Shown here: positions 9,799-17,985 of the stretch, piece by piece
Numbering within the stretch: the first letter of the stretch is position 1
Layout of the letters: every line of letters starts with the position of its first letter
From: Candidatus Thorarchaeota archaeon
Lineage (GTDB): Archaea; Asgardarchaeota; Thorarchaeia; Thorarchaeales; Thorarchaeaceae
Reading direction: 5' to 3'
Assembly (NCBI GenBank): GCA_048882045.1
Contig: JBHLRZ010000001.1
Coordinates: forward strand, 189,171 to 253,170
Length of the DNA: 64,000 nucleotides
Position numbers and translations under genes: made by a program
Notes under the pieces: model-generated
Seen by the model: the letters and a program-made list of their open reading frames with translations, nothing else
Told to the model about the DNA's origin: nothing
Database searches by the model: none

Positions 9799-10309
9799 AT
9801 GAGTCGTCACCCTTACTTATTGACCCGGGTTTAAGCAGTGCCCTTAGGATGTAACCAATGAACCCAATAAGACCAGCAATCAAACAGAAATTATACACTG
9901 CTCCAAACGTGAACAGATTTACGAATGGATTTCCTAGAACTGGGAAGAAAGGATTCATTTCAGCATAGAGAAACGAATCAAGAAAGACATGGGAATATGT
10001 GCCCACAAAGCTTGCTCCAATGATGTGACGGAGAGATGATGTCTGATGGAGTCCGAATAATGATACGATACTATTCAGATATTTGCGAAATGGGTACACA
10101 AATCCTGAAAGAACCAGCGCAGCAATCGTTGCTCCAAGATATGTGTGAAAGAATCCATGAAGAGGATATGGCAAACTAAGGAACATGATGGCCATTGGTT
10201 CCAGATCAACAATCACACTTGCTATCATTAATGTGACCAAATCAACAAAGGGAAAGAGAAGAATTCCTAGAAGAAGACTAGGACCGAAGTGGTAAGGTGT
10301 GAATGGCAT
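9791..10309 (-). CDS. Membrane-bound metal-dependent hydrolase-like protein (YdjM/DUF4184-like)
   Basis: Starts MPFTPYH; DLE, HGFFHT, SHVFLDS motifs with hydrophobic helices. Confidence 0.75.
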   Translation of the reverse strand: MPFTPYHFGPSLLLGILLFPFVDLVTLMIASVIVDLEPMAIMFLSLPYPLHGFFHTYLGATIAALVLSGFVYPFRKYLNSIVSLFGLHQTSSLRHIIGASFVGTYSHVFLDSFLYAEMNPFFPVLGNPFVNLFTFGAVYNFCLIAGLIGFIGYILRALLKPGSISKGDDSFT

Positions 10310-10425
10310 CGATCTATAACTCACAGCTTCACGTAATAAGTTACATGAACTAAGGAAAGTTGTACGAAAGAAACGGAGTATGTTCTCCCACTCTGTCAGA
10401 AAATTCGAAATGCTACAGAAGAAGC

Positions 10426-10498
10426 GAAATCCCCCGTCCACCCCGTTGAGAACAGAAAGAAGGAGAACATTCCAATCTTCATGACCGGGGGACTTCAT
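10426..10498 (-). ncRNA. Candidate hairpin small RNA (or structured 5' leader)
   Basis: GAAGUCCCCCG/CGGGGGAUUUC stem whose single mismatch is a G.U pair only on the minus strand; BRE/TATA at 10533-10519 lies about 25 nt upstream. Confidence 0.4.
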
Positions 10499-10518
10499 TG
10501 ATACGGTAACAACATTAC

Positions 10519-10565
10519 GTAATATATTTTTCGCTTTGTGATTATGTTACCGAAAGATATATTAC
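10519..10565. promoter_or_regulatory. Back-to-back divergent BRE-TATA promoters
   Basis: Minus strand CGAAAAATATATTAC (10533-10519) and plus strand CGAAAGATATATTAC (10551-10565), 14/15 identical. Confidence 0.65.
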
Positions 10566-10574
10566 TTGTAACAT

Positions 10575-10587
10575 GTAATACTATTTC
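10575..10587. promoter_or_regulatory. Putative operator GTAATACTATT(A/T)C
   Basis: 12/13 match to the palindrome at 11870-11882; related copy at 10328-10346. Confidence 0.55.
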
Positions 10588-10704
10588 GAGGTATTTGGAT
10601 GATTCAGCGAATCAATGACTGCTTCGGACTGGTAATAACTGGTCGAATCAATTTCGATGACAACATTGTCACTGAATCCTCACTCATATCGGAGGAGATA
10701 GAGA

Positions 10705-11331
10705 ATGTTTGATAATAGAAACCAAAGAGTTGCATTTGCAACTGGAATCCTGTTCATACTTGTACTGGCTGTCTTCGGTTCACTGTTTGCAGCCGCTTCT
10801 ATGAGCATGAACAATACTATGGCTGTGCTGCCGGATAGTCACTCTGCTGAGGATACAGCAGCTCTTGCCTGGCGCCTTGATCCTGGTGAATCAATGTCAA
10901 TTGACTTTCGATTAGATCCAGGTGAAACTGCTACAATTGACTTTCGACTTGATCCCAGTGAAACCGTTTCAATTGACTACAGAATCAATCAAGCTGAAGC
11001 CATTTCTGGTGGTAGGAGTGATCCTGGCATGGCAAGTATGGTTGACTGGCGTCTTGATCCTGGTGAAGAGACAGCTGTGGACTATCAGAGAGAGCTAGGT
11101 CAGGTCGTATCAGTTGACTTCCGCCTAGACCCAGGTCAGACAGTGTCAATTGATTTCAGGCTTGATACTGGTGAAGTGGTATCTGTCGATTTCAAGCTTG
11201 ATCCAGGTGAGACTGTTTCTGTTGACTTTCGCCTTGATCCCAGTGAAACCGTTTCAATTGACTACAGGTATGCCGCTGAAGTATTAAGTGGATCAGGCGG
11301 AGAGCTAGGAATGCTCTATGTAGTCGATTAG
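10705..11331 (+). CDS. Secreted or membrane-anchored protein with about 12 tandem 12-aa repeats (DFRLDPGETVSI)
   Basis: GGAGGAG RBS; hydrophobic N-terminal signal/anchor (aa about 9-31); repeats conserved at protein level with synonymous variation. Confidence 0.85.
   Translation: MFDNRNQRVAFATGILFILVLAVFGSLFAAASMSMNNTMAVLPDSHSAEDTAALAWRLDPGESMSIDFRLDPGETATIDFRLDPSETVSIDYRINQAEAISGGRSDPGMASMVDWRLDPGEETAVDYQRELGQVVSVDFRLDPGQTVSIDFRLDTGEVVSVDFKLDPGETVSVDFRLDPSETVSIDYRYAAEVLSGSGGELGMLYVVD
10867..11268 (+). repeat. In-frame 36-bp coding tandem repeat
   Basis: About 12 degenerate units; 10937-10982 and 11222-11267 match at 45/46 nt. Confidence 0.9.
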
Positions 11332-11491
11332 ACGGAATGTAAGCCCAACCCCGAAGAAGAAAGAAGGAGAACGCTTGGTTTTTCAGGAAAAGAGTGCCAA
11401 GGCACTCTTTCTAATCTTATTTTCATATTCACAAAACCCACTGCAATATGAAAGCACATACTTCAAAAATGAAATCCAAGAGAACTGATTT

Positions 11492-11827
11492 CTACTTCTC
11501 TTGGAATGCTTCAAAGGCATGCTTCTTGGCGGAATCGCGAAGTTTGCGAATATCGGCGGCTTGAACTTTGATCTGTTCGAACATTTGACTTCTAGCGGCA
11601 ATTGCTTGTTCTACAAAAGCAGACACAGCTTCTGATCGACTTTTGAAAATCTCGAGTTCAACTAATGCATCAAGGATTTCAACGATGTCGCCACTCATTC
11701 GAGTCATCACTGAAACTTCACGCTTCTTTGAAAGGTCATCTTCAGAAAGACGGCCTAGGAGTTGTTCTCGAAGACTCACTTGAACCGCCTCTGTTTTTGA
11801 TTCTTTAGTGTCGGGCACATCTTTCAC
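11492..11827 (-). CDS. Ribbon-helix-helix (CopG/MetJ-like) regulator with C-terminal coiled coil
   Basis: VSVMTRM strand followed by DIVEILDALVELEIFKSRSEAVSAFVEQAI. Confidence 0.78.
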   Translation of the reverse strand: MKDVPDTKESKTEAVQVSLREQLLGRLSEDDLSKKREVSVMTRMSGDIVEILDALVELEIFKSRSEAVSAFVEQAIAARSQMFEQIKVQAADIRKLRDSAKKHAFEAFQEK

Positions 11828-11869
11828 CTCATGATACTATAGACATGAAATCTTATAATTCTTTTTCAC

Positions 11870-11882
11870 GTAATACTATTAC
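11870..11882. promoter_or_regulatory. Palindromic operator upstream of the RHH gene
   Basis: GTAATA-C-TATTAC perfect inverted repeat abutting a minus-strand BRE/TATA (GAAAAAGAATTATAA). Confidence 0.6.
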
Positions 11883-12002
11883 ATAATCCACTATATAAAA
11901 GGTTCTAAATGTGAAAAAAATTCGACCAACTGTTTGTCCTGTTGATTCTTGAGGCTTGAACAGCAATTGATTCTGTATAGATGTGGTCACCTGTTCCTCT
12001 TT

Positions 12003-12332
12003 TTATGATTCAACATCCTCTTTATCGTGGAGTTGATGTCGAATCCATTCTATTGGTGCACGGAAGATCAATCTGGGACCTGAGAATCGCATCACACTTC
12101 GGATCTCCTCACGCATAGTGGGTCTGTAGCAATGAACAGGACATTTCCGGCATGTAGGTTTATCTTCTCCAAACTGGCAATTGCTCAGTCTCTGGTGAGA
12201 GTATTCCAACAGATTCTGACATGCATCACAGAGCTGGACCTTGGACGGATGGTGTTTCTTCTCACAATAGATGTGAATCATCTTCTCTACTGTCGCTTTC
12301 TCCTTTGTAATAACGGGTCCGGACTCAGTCAA
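12003..12332 (-). CDS. YgbA family (nitrous oxide-stimulated promoter) Cys-rich protein
   Basis: EKATVEKMIHIYC, LCDAC..LLEY..RL..C.FGEDKPTCRKCPVHCY, MRFSGPRL. Confidence 0.88.
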   Translation of the reverse strand: MTESGPVITKEKATVEKMIHIYCEKKHHPSKVQLCDACQNLLEYSHQRLSNCQFGEDKPTCRKCPVHCYRPTMREEIRSVMRFSGPRLIFRAPIEWIRHQLHDKEDVES

Positions 12333-12467
12333 ATCTATGTCCCCAGCTTTCTCTCTTCAAGACTGGTAAACCCATATCAAGCATCTGTTATGGACAAATC
12401 ATTGTTCTACGACAATCCTTAAGATATCTAGAACTTCGGCATGCTTCGTTTCAAAAGAGGTTGTTTC

Positions 12468-12740
12468 ATGGCTTACTGTGTGATGGTCAAAGGTCCATGC
12501 CGTGGAAAAAAGTGTGACTACTGGGGGAGAGTGAAAATCAGGAAATCCTCAGTGGAAGAACTTGCTGCTGGAATACGAAAGGCCATTGCGCAGTGTGATG
12601 GGCAAGAAACAGTGGCAAGGGAGGATGCACTTCGAGAGTACTGGCACTATATTGGTGTCAGAAACATGAAACGACTCTGTGAAGAAGAGCCAGACCTCTG
12701 CGCTAAAATGACTGAGGCAGAGGTCCAAGCCCAGGTCTAA
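12468..12740 (+). CDS. Small Cys-rich hypothetical protein
   Basis: GAGGT RBS; MAYCVMVKGPCRGKKCDYW, six Cys in total. Confidence 0.6.
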   Translation: MAYCVMVKGPCRGKKCDYWGRVKIRKSSVEELAAGIRKAIAQCDGQETVAREDALREYWHYIGVRNMKRLCEEEPDLCAKMTEAEVQAQV

Positions 12741-12741
12741 T

Positions 12742-14445
12742 TTATTCTGCGAGTACAGGAATCATGTTTTCTCTGTTAATCAGCCATTTGGGATCGAGCG
12801 CTTTCTTGACAGCCTGCATCTCTTTGATACCACCCTCTCCGTACATAGCCTCTAAGAACGCTCGCTTTAGCTTACCAATCCCGTGTTCAGCAGCTACAGT
12901 ACCACCGAGTTCCACAGCTTTCTTTGCGAAGGTCATGTAGTTGTCCATTCCCTGATGGACTTCTTCATTATTCCGAGGCAACATATTGACGTGGATGTGA
13001 TTATCACCTATGTGACCCCACATTACATACTCCATGCCCTGTTTGTCTAGAGTTTCAATGTAATAATCGAGATACGCCTTGAGAGCCTCATCAGGTACAG
13101 CCATATCAGTACCAATCTTGTGGATCTCAGGATACTCAGCTTTTCTCATGGCGATTATTCCGTTCACTGTTTCTGGTACAAAATGGCGCACTGTCTTCAT
13201 CTTTGCCAGTTCAGAACGGTCCATTCCAGCCCAACTTGATTCTGACGATGTATTGTTCTTCATGAGTAGTTCTTCCAAGCCCATGACCAGGTCTTCCATG
13301 TTCTCCTCATTGTATGAGAACTCAAAGAAGACGATTGCTTTGGTGTCATCCTTCATTGCAGGAACTGTGACACCAGCATCACTCGCCTTCGTCTTTATCA
13401 TGTCAATTGCGTGGGGACCAAAGTATTCTAAGAAGTTCATCTTTACAGGAGAGTCGGGCGCTCGGACATCGTTAACGAAATTGACTGCATCGTGAATACT
13501 CGGGAAAAAGGCCATAACAGTCATAATATTCTCTGGAAGCTTCACCAGCCCTAGTTCAACCTCTGTGATTACTCCCAAGATGCCTTCTGACCCAACGAAG
13601 AGGTCGATGAGGTCCATATCTGGTTGGGCAAATAGCCCAGCCGCGTTCTTGGTCTTTGGCATAGAATAAGATGGGACTGTGACCTCAACCTCAATACCAT
13701 CACTGAGCACAACAACGAACTTGCCATTTTCAGCCTTGACCTTCCCTCGCTCAATATCTAAGACATCACCATTTGCCAGTACCACACGAAGGCGATTGAC
13801 CCATCGCCTCACTGCACCATACTTGAATGTCCTTGCTCCTGAAGCATTGCAAGCCACAATTCCTCCCAGCCAAGCACTCATCTCTGTCGGATCGACTGGG
13901 AAGGAGTATGTGTCTGATTCACCCAGAAATGTTTCGAGCGCTTTCTGTTGCTCTGGTGTACCCTTTCCCTTTAGCTTGTCAAGGTTCTTTGATTCTACCG
14001 TTTTGACTAAATCCTCCAGTGTCAAACCTGCTTGTGCGGAAATGAAATAAAATCCCTCGGCCTCATCATGAGTGATGTAATTGAGTTCTGTCATTTTCTC
14101 AAGGTTCAAAGCAATGCCTCCCTGTGGGACGGCTGCTCCCGTGAGACCTGTGCGACCCCCCTGAATTGTAACAGGTGTGCCATCATCAAATGCATTCTTC
14201 ATGATTGTAGCAATTTCTGCTTCACTAGTAGGAAAGATGATTTTGTCAGCTTTCCCATCGAAGGAGTGGCTCTCATCATCTAAATACAACGCGTATGTGT
14301 CTGTAATTTCGGCCTGATCTGACACTGTCTTCACTCTTGATAGGTCAGCCTTTCCAGATGCCTGAGCAATTATACGGTTCGTCAATATTCGTTCGCCTGT
14401 TTTTCGTGGTTTGAATTGCACAATATCAAAGATTTGGTCGGGCAT
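12742..14445 (-). CDS. FAD-binding oxidoreductase (D-lactate dehydrogenase/GlcD-like)
   Basis: QGGRTGLTG, GGIVACNASG, FVGSEGILGVITE, GHIGDNHIHVN, AEHGIGKLK. Confidence 0.9.
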   Translation of the reverse strand: MPDQIFDIVQFKPRKTGERILTNRIIAQASGKADLSRVKTVSDQAEITDTYALYLDDESHSFDGKADKIIFPTSEAEIATIMKNAFDDGTPVTIQGGRTGLTGAAVPQGGIALNLEKMTELNYITHDEAEGFYFISAQAGLTLEDLVKTVESKNLDKLKGKGTPEQQKALETFLGESDTYSFPVDPTEMSAWLGGIVACNASGARTFKYGAVRRWVNRLRVVLANGDVLDIERGKVKAENGKFVVVLSDGIEVEVTVPSYSMPKTKNAAGLFAQPDMDLIDLFVGSEGILGVITEVELGLVKLPENIMTVMAFFPSIHDAVNFVNDVRAPDSPVKMNFLEYFGPHAIDMIKTKASDAGVTVPAMKDDTKAIVFFEFSYNEENMEDLVMGLEELLMKNNTSSESSWAGMDRSELAKMKTVRHFVPETVNGIIAMRKAEYPEIHKIGTDMAVPDEALKAYLDYYIETLDKQGMEYVMWGHIGDNHIHVNMLPRNNEEVHQGMDNYMTFAKKAVELGGTVAAEHGIGKLKRAFLEAMYGEGGIKEMQAVKKALDPKWLINRENMIPVLAE

Positions 14446-14531
14446 TTCGCAACCAAAAGATGACGACACATTTATCCGTAGGGCATCACCCTATGCTCCG
14501 TCTGTCGATTTCAGAAAGGTGACTTTGAAAT

Positions 14532-15938
14532 ATGGATGCGCTCGGAATCACTGTGCTCATTGTTTTCATTGTCACTTATGCACTCATCAGTTCCGAGAAA
14601 CTTAATCGAACTGGAATGTCACTTCTTGGCATGGCTGTGGTTGGAGTTGTGTTTTGGGCCACAAACTTTGCCGATCCGATTGCGCAACCTCTTGATTTTG
14701 TACATTTTGTTGAAGGATTTGAATGGGATACAGTGCTCTTTGTTACTGCCATGATGATCATTGTCGCAGTTGCAGGTGCATCAGGTATGTTTCAATATCT
14801 AGCCTTAGCACTAGCAAAACCGAGTGGGGGTGTTCATAGGAGTCTGTATACTCTGTTCCTTTTGTTCGTGTTTGTAATCTCACTATTTTTGGACAATGTA
14901 TCAACCACTCTCATCATGGCACCTTTGACAATTCAAGTTTGTAGGGCGCTAGAAGTGGATTTCAAACCATTCCTAATTTCAGAGGCGATTGTATGTAATA
15001 TCGGATCTATTCCCTCAATCGTGGGTGCAGTACCAAATATTGTGATTGCAAATGAAACACAGATGGATGCAGGTCTTCTCTTTGTTACATTCATGCCACT
15101 TTCATTTCTGTTATTGATTGTTACGTGGATTCTGCTTGGAAGACGTTACAATGACGAATTCGGAGTTGCAGATGATTACCATGTAGAGGTTCTACTCGAC
15201 ATAGATCCAACGGCGATGATCAAATCAAGAAGAGACTTTTACGCCTCAGCAATTGCATTCAGCTTCCTCGTCGTTGGATTCGCACTCGGCCCTACACTCC
15301 ATATCCCACCTGTTATGATTGCGCTTCTCGTGGCTTCTGCACTACTGATTTTAGCCCATGATCGTGCAGTAGAGTTCTTAGCAGAAGTTGGATGGGACAC
15401 AGTATTTTTCCTCGTGGGTCTGTTTGGACTCGTCGGTGCTTTGAATATCACAGGTTTCATCAGTGAACTTGGGGATGGACTTGAAGTTCTAATAGGATCG
15501 AATTCTATACTCGCAATTGTATTCATGGTATGGATTCCCGCGATACTATCAGCATTCCTCGATAACTTACCAGTTTCTGCAGTTTTGGCGCCAATAGCAT
15601 CTCAACTGGCGCCTGTTAGCACTCTTTTACCTCTAGTCCTTGTATTTGCTGTCGGTGTAGGTGGTAATGTCTTCACTCCATTAGGTTCTCCATCAAATAT
15701 GGTTGCAATTGCTTTCTCTGAAAGAGAACACAATCCGATAACCTACAAAGAGTTTGCAATAGCAGGAACAATAGCTGGAATGTCACACCTCATTATTGGA
15801 ACAGCATACTTGTTGTTGATCGATATTATTGGGTTATTGATTGTTGGTGTTGCAACAGCAGCCCTTAGTGTTGTAGGATTCATTTTCGTTCTATTTCCAC
15901 ATCTGCGAGGACATAGGAACAACCAACAAGAGATGTGA
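14532..15938 (+). CDS. ArsB/NhaD (P-protein/SLC13-like) anion permease
   Basis: Many TM helices; FLDNVST, SIVGAVPN, AFLDNLP, TPLGSPSN. Confidence 0.88.
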   Translation: MDALGITVLIVFIVTYALISSEKLNRTGMSLLGMAVVGVVFWATNFADPIAQPLDFVHFVEGFEWDTVLFVTAMMIIVAVAGASGMFQYLALALAKPSGGVHRSLYTLFLLFVFVISLFLDNVSTTLIMAPLTIQVCRALEVDFKPFLISEAIVCNIGSIPSIVGAVPNIVIANETQMDAGLLFVTFMPLSFLLLIVTWILLGRRYNDEFGVADDYHVEVLLDIDPTAMIKSRRDFYASAIAFSFLVVGFALGPTLHIPPVMIALLVASALLILAHDRAVEFLAEVGWDTVFFLVGLFGLVGALNITGFISELGDGLEVLIGSNSILAIVFMVWIPAILSAFLDNLPVSAVLAPIASQLAPVSTLLPLVLVFAVGVGGNVFTPLGSPSNMVAIAFSEREHNPITYKEFAIAGTIAGMSHLIIGTAYLLLIDIIGLLIVGVATAALSVVGFIFVLFPHLRGHRNNQQEM

Positions 15939-17233
15939 TGCGATTGACTGCAGAGCTGATAATTCTTGTATTCGTGGTCACATACATCGCAATATCTTCT
16001 GAAAAAGTAAACAGGACTGCCACTGCGCTATTAGGAATGGGTGTAGCAGGAATTGTTCTTTGGATAACTCAGGGATTGGAATTCTCAGAGATAGTCAATC
16101 GCATTCACTGGTCGACCATTCTCTTTGTCACTTCAATGTTCGTCATAGTTACTATAGCGGCTTCTTCTGGAATGTTCCAGTATCTTGCCTTGAGTTTAAC
16201 AGGACCCACTCAGGGTCAGACGAAGAAACTGTTTGTGTCATTACTTGCTTTCGTATTTGGAATATCCCTATTCTTTGACACAACATCCACAATGCTCATT
16301 ATGGGCCCACTCACAATCGAGTTGTGTAAGGCTCTAGACATCGACTTTAGACCATTCTTGATATCTGAAGCTGTGACATGTAATTTTGCTTCAATTCCAT
16401 CGATAGTTGGTGCAGTGCCCAACCTACTTATCGCAGAGCAAGCACATGTTGATCCAGGCTTCCTCTTTGCTACTCTTCTACCTCTATCCATCATCTTGTT
16501 TGTAGCTTCGATTCCAATTCTCCTACGCATATTCGAAGACCAACTACAACCATCAGAAGAGGAACTTGTATCTCAGATGTTATTGATTAATCCTCAATAC
16601 ATGATTCGTTCCAAGTCAGATTTCTATCTATCAATCATTGCCATGCTGATTCTAGTGTTTGGATTCACAATAGGTCCAGGTTTAGACCCTCAGCTTCAAC
16701 CAGCTTTGATTGCTATCACTGTAGCCGCTGCACTACTCATCCTCGCAAGAGAATGGGTGGATGAAATCTTGAAGCGTGTGAATTGGGGTACTATCTTCTT
16801 CCTCGTGGGTCTTTTTGGCCTCGTCAGTGCATTGGAGATTACAGGGATCATTGATGCAATAGGAGATGGTATTGGAGGTTTAATCGCAGGAAATGTCTAT
16901 CTCGGAATTTTCTTTATGACATGGGTTCCTGCACTCCTATCAGCTGTGATTGATAATATCCCAGTGTCAGCAGTGCTTGCACCAATAGCGTTTCAATTTG
17001 CTGCTGTGAGTCCTTTGCTTCCCATAGCACTTATCTTCGCAGTGAATGTGGGAGGTTTCCTCCTCCCAATTGGTGCTCCTGCAAACATTCTCGCTTTAGT
17101 ATTCGCTGAAAAGGAGCGAAAACCGATATCTATGAAGGATTTTGCTAAAGTTGCTTCTCCACTGGCAATCCTGATGCTTGCTATTGGAACAGGATGGTTA
17201 GTCTTACTTAGTTTGGCCATCCCAGTACCGTAA
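15938..17233 (+). CDS. ArsB/NhaD anion permease, tandem paralogue
   Basis: SIVGAVPN, AVIDNIP, PIGAPAN; start overlaps the upstream stop (TGATG). Confidence 0.88.
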   Translation: MRLTAELIILVFVVTYIAISSEKVNRTATALLGMGVAGIVLWITQGLEFSEIVNRIHWSTILFVTSMFVIVTIAASSGMFQYLALSLTGPTQGQTKKLFVSLLAFVFGISLFFDTTSTMLIMGPLTIELCKALDIDFRPFLISEAVTCNFASIPSIVGAVPNLLIAEQAHVDPGFLFATLLPLSIILFVASIPILLRIFEDQLQPSEEELVSQMLLINPQYMIRSKSDFYLSIIAMLILVFGFTIGPGLDPQLQPALIAITVAAALLILAREWVDEILKRVNWGTIFFLVGLFGLVSALEITGIIDAIGDGIGGLIAGNVYLGIFFMTWVPALLSAVIDNIPVSAVLAPIAFQFAAVSPLLPIALIFAVNVGGFLLPIGAPANILALVFAEKERKPISMKDFAKVASPLAILMLAIGTGWLVLLSLAIPVP

Positions 17234-17241
17234 AATGAAAA

Positions 17242-17298
17242 GGCGCCCGCCTCCGTCATATGACCGCCGGGAAGACGACACCACGGAAACGAGACGCC
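17242..17298 (-). ncRNA. Candidate structured small ncRNA
   Basis: 39/57 nt G+C; long stem that relies on G.U pairs on the minus strand; TTTATTT box 21-27 nt upstream and TTTT directly downstream. Confidence 0.5.
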
Positions 17299-17388
17299 AA
17301 ATTCCATGCGTTTTATTCAAATAAATGTCTTTGGTTATCAACAATTGGTTCTAAGAAGTCATCTTTATACGAGGAACAAATTACCGGG

Positions 17389-17904
17389 ATGATTGCATCG
17401 AGGTCTGAACCCTTGCCAAAAAGAGTCCGTTGTCCTCATTGTGATCGTCTGTTCAGCCGTGAGGTTCTTGACAGCCACATTGTTAAGTGTAGAACAGGTA
17501 GAAAAGCTGATCATCCGAGAAAATCTCGACGTCGGATAGTCATTGTTGATGGAAATAATATTGCGTATCATTTGTCAACTAAGGGAGAACCTAGGGCAAT
17601 GAATCTCATTCTGGCTTACAGAAGTCTTACAAATACCGGTTTCAAACCAATCTTTGTAGTGTCTGCAGCTCTGTCACATAAAATTGACAGACCGTCTTCA
17701 TTAAACGAGTTCATGCTTAGTGCAGAAGTTGTTGAATCTCCCAGAGGATCGTCTGATGATCTTAGAATCTTTCAACTCGCAAAAGAGTATGATGCAGATA
17801 TCGTGTCTAATGATAGATTTCTGGATTGGACTGATAGATATCCTTGGATAACTTCTAGGTTGAAGAAATACAGAATGACACCCTCAGGTCTGATTCTTGT
17901 CTAG
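17389..17904 (+). CDS. C2HC zinc finger plus Zc3h12a-like NYN/PIN ribonuclease
   Basis: CPHC-x11-HIVKC; IVDGNNIA, DD, IVSNDRF.DW acidic active-site pattern. Confidence 0.85.
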   Translation: MIASRSEPLPKRVRCPHCDRLFSREVLDSHIVKCRTGRKADHPRKSRRRIVIVDGNNIAYHLSTKGEPRAMNLILAYRSLTNTGFKPIFVVSAALSHKIDRPSSLNEFMLSAEVVESPRGSSDDLRIFQLAKEYDADIVSNDRFLDWTDRYPWITSRLKKYRMTPSGLILV

Positions 17905-17985
17905 AAATCTGGTATTCTGCGAAACGGTTAAAATCAGTCAGGATTTGGCTTTTCCAACCCTTTTGTGACAGCAATGAGGTGACAT

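Noticed and set aside
10426-10496. Hairpin as a SECIS element (contains AUGA and GA)
   Set aside because: No helix II can be formed after AUGA and no selenoprotein candidate is adjacent.
10310-10498. 63-aa N-terminal extension of the 9791 ORF
   Set aside because: The family-typical start is MPFTPYH at 10309 and the extension overlaps operator and hairpin elements; a leaderless start at 10498 is not fully excluded.
10867-11268. 36-bp periodicity as a CRISPR array
   Set aside because: Units are contiguous, in frame and vary at synonymous positions; there are no unique spacers and no cas genes.
10705-11331. Repeat protein as a graspetide or other classic RiPP precursor
   Set aside because: No ATP-grasp, YcaO or other maturase nearby, and it carries a Sec-type hydrophobic N-terminus; kept only as a minor alternative.
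17242-17298. GC-rich element as a tRNA, or as coding sequence of the ORF starting at 17260
   Set aside because: Too short, with no T-loop GTTC or cloverleaf; the nuclease's recognisable domains begin after 17389.
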